From assembly GCA_964016885.1 (NCBI GenBank), contig OZ024742.1:289602001-289666000 (forward strand): a stretch of DNA of 64,000 nucleotides, read 5' to 3'. Under the pieces are notes generated by a model, which worked only from the letters and a program-made list of their open reading frames with translations, was not told the origin of the DNA and ran no database searches. The stretch comes from Eledone cirrhosa (taxonomy: Eukaryota). Position 1 is the first letter of the stretch. The number at the start of each line of letters is the position of its first letter. The translations under genes and the position numbers were made by a program. This document shows, in pieces, positions 1-9,224 of the stretch.

Positions 1-3000
1 GTAGTGAGACAGTGGCAGTGATTGTAGAGGATGTTATGTGGTAGTGACACAGTGGCAGTGATTGTAGAGGATGTTATGTGGTAGTGAGACAGTGGCAGTG
101 ATTGTAGAGGATGTTATGTGGTAGTGAGACAGTGGCAGTGATTGTAGAGGATGTTATGTGATAGTGAGACAGTGGCAGTGATAATAGAGGATGTTATGTG
201 GTAGTGAGACAGTGGCAGTGATTGTAGAGGATGTTATGTGGTAGTGAGACAGTGGCAGTGATTGTAGAGGATGTTATGTGGCAGTGAGACAGTGGCAGTG
301 ATTGTAGAGGATGTTATGTGGCAGTGAGACAGTGGCAGTGATTGTAGAGGATGTTATGTGGCAGTGAGACAGTGGCAGTGATTGTAGAGGATGTTATGTG
401 GCAGTGAGACAGTGGCAGTGATTGTAGAGGATGTTATGTGGTAGTGAGACAGTGGCAGTGATTGTAGAGGATGTTATGTGGTAGTGAGACAGTGGCAGTG
501 ATTGTAGAGGATGTTATGTGGCAGTGAGACAGTGGCAGTGATTGTAGAGGATGTTATGTGGTAGTGAGACAGTGGCAGTGATTGTAGAGGATGTTATGTG
601 GCAGTGAGACAGTGGCAGTAAATGTAGAGGATGTTATGTGACAGTGAGACAGTGGCAGTGATTGTAGAGGATGTTATGTGGCAGTGAGACAGTGACAGTG
701 ATTGTAGAGGATGTTATGTGGTAGTGAGACAGTGGCAGTGATTGTAGAGGATGTTATGTGGCAGTGAGACAGTGACAGTGATTGTAGAGGATGTTATGTG
801 GTAGTGAGACAGTGGCAGTAATTGTAGAGGATGTTATGTGGTAGTGAGACAGTGGCAGTGATTGTAGAGGATGTTATGTGGCAGTGAGACAGTGGCAGTG
901 ATTGTAGAGGATGTTATGTGGTAGTGAGACAGTGGCAGTGAGACAGTGGCAGTGATTGTAGAGGATGTTATGTGGTAGTGAGATAGTGGCAGTGATTGTA
1001 GAGGATGTTATGTGGCAGTGAGACAGTGGCAGTAAATGTAGAGGATGTTATGTGGTAGTGAGACAGTGGCAGTGATTGTAGAGGATGTTATGTGGCAGTG
1101 AGACAGTGACAGTGATTGTAGAGGATGTTATGTGGTATTGAGACAGTGGCAGTGATTGTAGAGGATGTTATGTGGCAGTGAGACAGTGGCAGTGATTGTA
1201 GAGGATGTTATGTGGTAGTGAGACAGTGGCAGTGATTGTAGAGGATGTTATGTGGCAGTGAGACAGTGGCAGTGATTGTAGAGGATGTTATGTGGCAGTG
1301 AGACAGTGGCAGTGATTGTAGAGGATGTTATGTGGTAGTGAGACAGTGGCAGTGATTGTAGAGGATGTTATGTGGTAGTGAGACAGTGGCAGTGATTGTA
1401 GAGGATGTTATGTGGCAGCGAGACAGTGGCAGTGATTGTAGAGGATGTTATGTGGCAGTGAGACAGTGGCAGTGATTGTAGAGGATGTTATGTGGCAGTG
1501 AGACAGTGGCAGTGATTGTAGAGGATGTTATGTGGTAGTGAGACAGTGGCAGTGATTGTAGAGGATGTTATGTGGCAGTGAGACAGTGGCAGTGATAGTA
1601 GAGGATGTTATGTGGTAGTGAGACAATGGCAGTGATTGTTGAGGATGTTATGTGGTAGTGAGACAGTGGCAGTGATTGTAGAGGATGTTATGTGGCAGTG
1701 AGACAGTGGCAGTGATTGTAGAGGATGTTATGTGGCAGTGAGACAGTGGCAGTGATTGTAGAGGATGTTATGTGGTAGTGAGACAGTGGCAGTGATTGTA
1801 GAGGATGTTATGTGGCAGTGAGACAGTGGCAGTGATTGTAGAGGATGTTATGTGGCAGTGAGACAGTGGCAGTGATTGTAGAGGATGTTATGTGGTAGTG
1901 AGACAGTGGCAGTGATTGTAGAGGATGTTATGTGGCAGTGAGACAGTGGCAGTGAGTGTAGAGGATGTTATGTGGTAGTGAGACAGTGGCAGTGATTGTA
2001 GAGGATGTTATGTGGCAGTGAGACAATGGCAGTGATTGTAGAGCATGTTATATGGCAGTGAGACGGTGGCAGTGATTGTAGAGGATGTTATGTGGTAGTG
2101 AGACAGTGGCAGTGATTGTATAGGATGTTATGTGGTAGTGAGACAGTGGCAGTGATTGTAGAGCATGTTATGTGGCAGTGAGACAGTGGCAGTGATTGTA
2201 GAGGATGTTATGTGGTAGTGAGACAGTGGCAGTGATTGTAGAGGATGTTATGTGGTAGTGAGACAGTGGCAGTGATTGTAGAGGATGTTATGTGGTAGTG
2301 AGACAGTGGCAGTGATTGTAGAGGATGTTATGTGGTAGTGAGACAGTGGCAGTGATTGTAGGGGATGTTATGTGGTAGTGAGACAGTGGCAGTGATAGTA
2401 GAGGATGTTATGTGGTAGTGAGACAGTGGCAGTGATTGTAGAGGATGTTATGTGGCAGTGAGACAGTGGGAGTGATTGTAGAGGATGTTACGTGGCAGTG
2501 AGACAGTGGGAGTGATTGTAGAGGATGTTATGTGGGAGTGAGACAGTGGGAGTGATTGTAGAGGATGTTATGTGGCAGTGAGACAGTGGCAGTTATTGTA
2601 GAGGATGTTATGTGGTAGTGAGACAGTGGCAGTGATTGTAGAGGATGTTATGTGGTAGTGAGACAGTGGCAGTGATTGTAGAGGATGTTATGTGGTAGTG
2701 AGAAAGTGGCAGTGATTGTAGAGCATGTTATGTGGTAGTGAGACAGTGGCAGTGATTGTAGAGGATGTTATGTGGCAGTGAGACAGTGGCAGTGATTGTA
2801 GAGGATGTTATGTGGCAGTGAGACAGTGGCAGTGATTGTAGAGGATGTTATGTGGCAGTGAGACAGTGGCAGTGATTGTAGAGGATGTTATGTGGTAGTG
2901 AGACAGTGGCAGTGATTGTAGAGGATGTTATGTGGTAGTGACACAGTGGCAGTGATTGTAGAGGATGTTATGTGGTAGTGAGACAGTGGCACTGATTGTA

Positions 3001-6000
3001 GAGGATGTTATGTGGTAGTGAGACAGTGGCAGTGATTGTAGAGGATGTTATGTGATAGTGAGACAGTGGCAGTGATAATAGAGGATGTTATGTGGTAGTG
3101 AGACAGTGGCAGTGATTGTAGAGGATGTTATGTGGTAGTGAGACAGTGGCAGTGATTGTAGAGGATGTTATGTGGCAGTGAGACAGTGGCAGTGATTGTA
3201 GAGGATGTTATGTGGCAGTGAGACAGTGGCAGTGATTGTAGAGGATGTTATGTGGCAGTGAGACAGTGGCATTGATTGTAGAGGATGTTATGTGGTAGTG
3301 AGACAGTGGCAGTGATTGTAGAGGATGTTATGTGGTAGTGAGACAGTGGCAGTGATTGTAGAGGATGTTATGTGGTAGTGAGACAGTGGCAGTGATTGTA
3401 GAGGATGTTATGTGGCAGTGAGACAGTGGCAGTGATTGTAGAGGATGTTATGTGGTAGTGAGACAGTGGCAGTGATTGTAGAGGATGTTATGTGGCAGTG
3501 AGACAGTGGCAGTAAATGTAGAGGATGTTATGTGGCAGTGAGACAGTGGCAGTGATTGTAGAGGATGTTATGTGGCAGTGAGACAGTGACAGTGATTGTA
3601 GAGGATGTTATGTGGTAGTGAGACAGTGGCAGTGATTGTAGAGGATGTTATGTGGCAGTGAGACAGTGACAGTGATTGTAGAGGATGTTATGTGGTAGTG
3701 AGACAGTGGCAGTAATTGTAGATGATGTTATGTGGTAGTGAGACAGTGGCAGTGATTGTAGAGGATGTTATGTGGCAGTGAGACAGTGGCAGTGATTGTA
3801 GAGGATGTTATGTGGTAGTGAGACAGTGGCAGTGATTGTAGAGGATGTTATGTGGCAGTGAGACAGTGGCAGTGATTGTAGAGGATGTTATGTGGTAGTG
3901 AGATAGTGGCAGTGATTGTAGAGGATGTTATGTGGCAGTGAGACAGTGGCAGTAAATGTAGAGGATGTTATGTGGTAGTGAGACAGTGGCAGTGATTGTA
4001 GAGGATGTTATGTGGCAGTGAGACAGTGACAGTGATTGTAGAGGATGTTATGTGGTAGTAAGACAGTGGCAGTGATTGTAGAGGATGTTATGTGGCAGTG
4101 AGACAGTGGCAGTGATTGTAGAGGATGTTATGTGGTAGTGAGACAGTGGCAGTGATTGTAAAGGATGTTATGTGGTAGTGAGACAGTGGCAGTGATTGTA
4201 GAGGATGTTATGTGGCAGTGAGACAGTGGCAGTGATTGTAGAGGATGTTATGTGGTAGTGAGACAGTGGCAGTGATTGTAGAGGATGTTATGTGGCAGTG
4301 AGACAGTGGCAGTGATTGTAGAGGATGTTATGTGGCAGTGAGACAGTGGCAGTGATTGTAGAGGATGTTATGTGGTAGTGAGACAGTGGCAGTGATTGTA
4401 GAGGATGTTATGTGGTAGTGAGACAGTGGCAGTGATTGTAGAGGATGTTATGTGGTAGTGAGACAGTGGCAGTGATTGTAGAGGATGTTATGTGATAGTG
4501 AGACAGTGGCAGTGATAATAGAGGATGTTATGTGGTAGTGAGACAGTGGCAGTGATTGTAGAGGATGTTATGTCGTAGTGAGACAGTGGCAGTGATTGTA
4601 GAGGATGTTATGTGGCAGTGAGACAGTGGCAGTGATTGTAGAGGATGTTATGTGGCAGTGAGACAGTGGCAGTGATTGTAGAGGATGTTATGTGGCAGTG
4701 AGACAGTGGCAGTGATTGTAGAGGATGTTATGTGGCAGTGAGACAGTGGCAGTGATTGTAGAGGATGTTATGTGGTAGTGAGACAGTGGCAGTGATTGTA
4801 GAGGATGTTATGTGGTAGTGAGACAGTGGCAGTGATTGTAGAGGATGTTATGTGGTAGTGAGACAGTGGCAGTGATTGTAGAGGATGTTATGTGGCAGTG
4901 AGACAGTGGCAGTGATTGTAGAGGATGTTATGTGGTAGTGAGACAGTGGCAGTGATTGTAGAGGATGTTATGTGGCAGTGAGACAGTGGCAGTAAATGTA
5001 GAGGATGTTATGTGGCAGTGAGACAGTGGCAGTGATTGTAGAGGATGTTATGTGGCAGTGAGACAGTGACAGTGATTGTAGAGGATGTTATGTGGTAGTG
5101 AGACAGTGGCAGTGATTGTAGAGGATGTTATGTGGCAGTGAGACAGTGACAGTGATTGTAGAGGATGTTATGTGGTAGTGAGACAGTGGCAGTAATTGTA
5201 GAGGATGTTATGTGGTAGTGAGACAGTGGCAGTGATTGTAGAGGATGTTATGTGGCAGTGAGACAGTGGCAGTGATTGTAGAGGATGTTATGTGGTAGTG
5301 AGACAGTGGCAGTGATTGTAGAGGATGTTATGTGGCAGTGAGACAGTGGCAGTGATTGTAGAGGATGTTATGTGGTAGTGAGATAGTGGCAGTGATTGTA
5401 GAGGATGTTATGTGGCAGTGAGACAGTGGCAGTAAATGTAGAGGATGTTATGTGGTAGTGAGACAGTGGCAGTGATTGTAGAGGATGTTATGTGGCAGTG
5501 AGACAGTGACAGTGATTGTAGAGGATGTTATGTGGTAGTGAGACAGTGGCAGTGATTGTAGAGGATGTTATGTGGCAGTGAGACAGTGGCACTGATTGTA
5601 GAGGATGTTATGTGGTAGTGAGACAGTGGCAGTGATTGTAGAGGATGTTATGTGGCAGTGAGACAGTGGCAGTGATTGTAGAGGATGTTATGTGGCAGTG
5701 AGACAGTGGCAGTGATTGTAGAGGATGTTATGTGGTAGTGTGACAGTGGCAGTGATTGTAGAGGATGTTATGTGGTAGTGAGACAGTGGCAGTGATTGTA
5801 GAGGATGTTATGTGGCAGCGAGACAGTGGCAGTGATTGTAGAGGATGTTATGTGGCAGTGAGACAGTGGCAGTGATTGTAGAGGATGTTATGTGGCAGTG
5901 AGACAGTGGCAGTGATTGTAGAGGATGTTATGTGGTAGTGAGACAGTGGCAGTGATTGTAGAGGATGTTATGTGGCAGTGAGACAGTGGCAGTGATAGTA

Positions 6001-6439
6001 GAGGATGTTATGTGGTAGTGAGACAGTGGCAGTGATTGTTGAGGATGTTATGTGGTAGTGAGACAGTGGCAGTGATTGTAGAGGATGTTATGTGGCAGTG
6101 AGACAGTGGCAGTGATTGTAGAGGATGTTATGTGGTAGTGAGACAGTGGCAGTGATTGTAGAGGATGTTATGTGGCAGTGAGACAGTGGCAGTGATTGTA
6201 GAGGATATTATGTGGCAGTGAGACAGTGGCAGTGATTGTAGAGGATGTTATGTGGTAGTGAGTCAGTGGCAGTGATTGTAGAGGATGTTATGTGGCAGTG
6301 AGACAGTGGCAGTGATTGTAGAGGATTTTATGTGGTAGTGAGACATTGGCAGTGATTGTAGAGGATGTTATGTGGCAGTGAGACAGTGGCAGTGATTGTA
6401 GAGCATGTTATGTGGCAGTGAGACGGTGGCAGTGATTGT
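1..6439 (+). repeat. 40-bp tandem satellite array, left arm (continues beyond window start)
   Basis: Direct read: GYAGTGAGACAGTGGCAGTGATTGTAGAGGATGTTATGTG repeated head-to-tail about 160 times with sparse SNPs. One 54-bp monomer at 921-974. Ends at ...GGCAGTGATTGT (6439). Confidence 0.99.
6436..6439 (+). repeat. Target-site duplication TTGT (second copy 9221-9224)
   Basis: Left junction GTGA-TTGT|CATCAT, right junction AAAGT|TTGT-AGAGG. The intact monomer has GTGA-TTGT-AGAGG only once. Confidence 0.8.
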
Positions 6440-6462
6440 CATCATCATCATCATCATCATCA
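6439..6462 (-). repeat. (TGA)8 microsatellite 3' tail of the LINE
   Basis: + strand reads T-CATCATCATCATCATCATCAT-CA, perfect, abutting the satellite. T6439 is shared with the target. Confidence 0.95.
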
Positions 6463-6743
6463 CCGTTTTACGTCCGTTCTTCCACGCTAGCATGGGTTAG
6501 ACGGGTTGTCCTGTTGTGGGCAGTGTCTGGTCGGCTGACCATGCCTTGCTCATACAGGAACTGATCTGGCTTGATTTCTACAGCTGGATGCCCTTCCTAA
6601 CACCAACCTCATTTACAGTGAGTGCTGGGTGCTTTTTCGTGGCGCCTACACGTCCACTTTACAGTGTGGGCTGGGTGCTTTTTTGCCGTGGCAACTCCAC
6701 GACCACCTTGCGGTGGGGGGGGGGGGCATATTGTTTATATGCT
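6463..6743 (-). other. LINE 3' UTR (about 280 bp)
   Basis: Lies between the ORF stop codon and the microsatellite tail. Contains a C12 run (G12 on + at 6715-6726), an imperfect direct repeat and a terminal hairpin. Confidence 0.85.
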
Positions 6744-9224
6744 TCAGCATGTACCCATGGGAGGTCGGGTACCCTGTATTACTGCGTGACGCCAGAAGTC
6801 ACGGTCGTGTGTCATTGACTTTGAGAGGTGTAGTTGGGTAAGGTCGGCTTTTATCACCTCATCCCAAGTCATCTTGGGTCTCCCCACTCCGCGGTTTCCA
6901 TCAACTTCTAGTGCTCTGCACCTTTTTATGCAGCTGTCATCCTTCATACGCATCACATGTCCATACCAGCGTAACCGCCTCTCCTGCACGCAGCATTTGA
7001 TTCCTCTTATGCTCAGTCTCTCTCTCAATTCATTTATGCTTTGTCGTTCACGTATATTACTGTTACACATCCATCGGAGCATGCAGGCTTCGTTTCTCTC
7101 TAATCTACGTAAGTCTTCCACCTTCAGCGCCCAGGTCTCACTACCATGCAACATCGCTGTTCGGATACACGCATCATACAGTCTGCCTTTCATTCTGAGG
7201 GAGAAGCCTTTTGCAGCTAGCAGTGGTAGTAGTTCCCTAAACTTCTTCCATCCCGTTCTTACCCTAGTTATTGTACTTTCTGAGCACCCACCTCCGTTGC
7301 TAATTCGGTCACCTAGGTAGCAGAAGCTGTCTACTGTTTCTACAGGGCCCTCCCAGAGATTGGTGGTACTTGTTTCCTGTGGCTGTTTGCTTGCTGTTTC
7401 AGCACAGCTGCTGCATGTGAATCCTACATTCTTAATTAAGCTTCCTGAGATCCCGCTACATCTCTTGTGTACCCATTGTTTGCATTTGGGGCAAAGAATG
7501 GAGTTCCTACCTACACCTTTCCTACATACTGAGCAAGGCCATTTCCCTGAGGGGATCTGGGTTCTGTTTTCTCGTCTACTTATAAGGACCTTAGTCTTTG
7601 TCATGTTGACTTTGAGGCCCTTTCTCTCTAGTCCCTGCTTCCAGGTTTGGAATTTATTCTCTAGTTCTACCATAGATTCAGCTATGAGTGCGAGGTCATC
7701 AGCATACAGGAGTTCCCATGGGCATCCGGTCTTAAACTCCTCCGTTATTGCCTGCAGGACTATGATGAACAGGAGAGGGCTAAGAACAGAGCCCTGGTGG
7801 ACCCCAACCTGTACGCTAAATTCCTCGCTATACTCATTGCCAATCCTAACTTTGCTGACTGCTCCCCTATACATGGCTTGTACCGCTTTCACAAGCCATT
7901 CATCTACTCCTAGTTTTCTAAGAGCCCACCAGATTACTGCACGTGGAACTCTGTCAAAGGCTTTCTCAAGGTCGACAAATGCCAAGTAGAGTGGCTTACT
8001 TTTAGCTAGGTACTTTTCCTGTAATTGCCTCACAAGGAAGAGCGCATCAGTGGTGCCTTTCCCTGGAACAAACCCAAATTGCATCTCGTCTATATTCACC
8101 CGGTCCCTAATCAGCTGTGCTATAACTCTTTCTGTTACTTTCATGACCTGGTCCATCAACTTTATACCTCTATAGTTTCCTCTATCTAGTGCATCGCCTT
8201 TACCTTTGTAGCAGTTGACAATGATGCTACTGCACCAATCTTTTGGTATGGCCCCCTCTAGTATTACCTGGTTAACGATACGTGTGGTTATAGTGTGACC
8301 TACAGACCCAGATGCCTTCAGCATCTCGGCAGCTATACCCGATGGACCGGTTGCCTTCCCTATCTTCATATCTCTGATTGCCTTACTTACTACGCTGCCG
8401 CTGACTTGTACTGCTGGTCCCTCTATAGGGTCTACGTGGGGTAGGGTCTCTTCATCCCATGCATTCTCCTCATTTAGTAATCTATCATAATGACTCTTCC
8501 ATGCATCTTTCTTCTCAGCACTTGTGAGGGCAAGCTCACCTTTATCATTCCGGATACACTTCTCTCCAATGACATCACAACTATCTCTGACACACTGCCT
8601 CGCAATCTTGAATACCTCCTGTTTCTGGTCCTCACGTTGTAAAACATGCTTGAATTTTCTATCCTCTGCTTCCCTCCTAGCTAAGTATACTTGTCGCCTA
8701 GCTTCCCTCTTGGTCTCTATGTAATGTACCCTGCTCCCCCCGTTCTTCCATTCTTTCCATGCCTGTCTCTTGGCCTTGACTGCTTCATCTACCTTATTGT
8801 TCCACCACCAAGTCACTCTCCTCCTGCTTGAGGTCTTACTCCAGCCACAAACCTCATCCGTCGCCTCTAGTAAGTTATTTTTTAGGAACTCCCAGTTCTC
8901 TTCTACGTTAAATGTCTCTATCTGTTCTTCTTTACTGTCGTAGGCGTTGAGTAAAATATCTTTAAATCTGTTACTGGTTGAGGGGACTTTCAGCTTCCAG
9001 ATCTTTCTTCTCCAGGTTGGCCTCTGTTTCAGGGCTCGTCTAGTTCTGACCGTGAGGTCGCTGACAACTAAGCTATGTTGGGATGTACATTCCTCACTAG
9101 GGAAGGCTTTTGTGTTTACGACCGTCCATCTGTCACGTCCTCTGATGAGGATAAAATCTAACTGACTAGAGTGCTCCCCTGATCTATAGGTGATCAGGTG
9201 GTTGTCGGGTTTTTTAAAGTTTGT
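6744..9224 (-). CDS. Retrotransposon ORF (partial APE endonuclease - reverse transcriptase - PHD-type finger - thumb/C-terminal region), 5'-truncated, no start codon
   Basis: Manual translation upstream of the tracked ORF (8816 is an internal GTG/Val) stays open for 136 more codons to the junction: TNFKKPDNHLITYRSGEHSSQLDFILIRGRDRWTVVNTKAFPSEECTSQHSLVVSDL...IWKLK...NVEENWEFLKNNLLEATDEVCG...RRRVTWWWN. RT motifs: KATGPSGI, NYRGIKL, QFGFVPG, FVDLEKAFD, GVHQGSVLSPLLF, YADD (7695-7706), GLKVNMTKTK, FCYLG. Stop TGA at 6746-6744. Confidence 0.95.
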   Translation of the reverse strand, partial: TNFKKPDNHLITYRSGEHSSQLDFILIRGRDRWTVVNTKAFPSEECTSQHSLVVSDLTVRTRRALKQRPTWRRKIWKLKVPSTSNRFKDILLNAYDSKEEQIETFNVEENWEFLKNNLLEATDEVCGWSKTSSRRRVTWWWNNKVDEAVKAKRQAWKEWKNGGSRVHYIETKREARRQVYLARREAEDRKFKHVLQREDQKQEVFKIARQCVRDSCDVIGEKCIRNDKGELALTSAEKKDAWKSHYDRLLNEENAWDEETLPHVDPIEGPAVQVSGSVVSKAIRDMKIGKATGPSGIAAEMLKASGSVGHTITTRIVNQVILEGAIPKDWCSSIIVNCYKGKGDALDRGNYRGIKLMDQVMKVTERVIAQLIRDRVNIDEMQFGFVPGKGTTDALFLVRQLQEKYLAKSKPLYLAFVDLEKAFDRVPRAVIWWALRKLGVDEWLVKAVQAMYRGAVSKVRIGNEYSEEFSVQVGVHQGSVLSPLLFIIVLQAITEEFKTGCPWELLYADDLALIAESMVELENKFQTWKQGLERKGLKVNMTKTKVLISRRENRTQIPSGKWPCSVCRKGVGRNSILCPKCKQWVHKRCSGISGSLIKNVGFTCSSCAETASKQPQETSTTNLWEGPVETVDSFCYLGDRISNGGGCSESTITRVRTGWKKFRELLPLLAAKGFSLRMKGRLYDACIRTAMLHGSETWALKVEDLRRLERNEACMLRWMCNSNIRERQSINELRERLSIRGIKCCVQERRLRWYGHVMRMKDDSCIKRCRALEVDGNRGVGRPKMTWDEVIKADLTQLHLSKSMTHDRDFWRHAVIQGTRPPMGTC
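7404..7535 (-). other. C4HC3 (PHD-type) zinc finger inside the RT ORF
   Basis: CSVCRKGVGRNSILCPKCKQWVHKRCSGISGSLIKNVGFTCSSC = C-x2-C-x10-C-x2-C-x4-H-x2-C-x14-C-x2-C, with W-x-H and aromatic-x-C7, fitting the PHD consensus spacing. Confidence 0.8.
9054..9224 (-). other. C-terminal remnant of APE-type endonuclease domain
   Basis: Motifs (T)NFKK..HLITYRSG..SQLDFIL..SQHSLVVSDL correspond to the last APE motifs (TY, SRID/QIDY, SDH positions). The N-terminal majority of the domain is missing. Confidence 0.85.

Larger units (their letters stand above)
6440..9220 (-). mobile_element. 5'-truncated non-LTR retrotransposon (LINE, RTE-like clade), about 2.78 kb
   Basis: Only non-satellite DNA in the window. 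Minus-strand APE-remnant + RT frame, ~280-bp 3' UTR, microsatellite tail (TGA)n at 6439-6462, TTGT on both sides (6436-6439, 9221-9224), no LTRs or TIRs. TWWWN linker, C-terminal RRLRWYGHVMR and GRPKMTW motifs and a short-repeat tail are typical of RTE-clade LINEs. Confidence 0.95.

Noticed and set aside
47-54. RSS heptamer CACAGTG (variant monomers; consensus GACAGTG)
   Set aside because: Single-SNP coincidence, with no nonamer at 12/23 spacing and no RAG/Transib sequence.
6615-6667. ACAGTG shared between LINE 3' UTR and satellite
   Set aside because: A 6-7 bp match is expected by chance and does not extend.
8814-8816. Start codon of the 690-aa ORF
   Set aside because: Internal GTG (Val). 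The frame is open upstream to the 5' truncation junction.
6516-9165. Plus-strand ORFs (6516-6818, 6629-6841, 6874-7320, 7360-7989, 8524-8724, 8947-9165)
   Set aside because: Antisense shadows of the LINE ORF and UTR with no recognisable motifs.
6436-9224. Sequence-specific targeting of the satellite (R2/SART/TRAS-like), or satellite generated by the RT (telomerase-like)
   Set aside because: Only one insertion among roughly 1,500 equivalent sites, and no monomer template inside the element. Flanking SNP series show the array predates the insertion.
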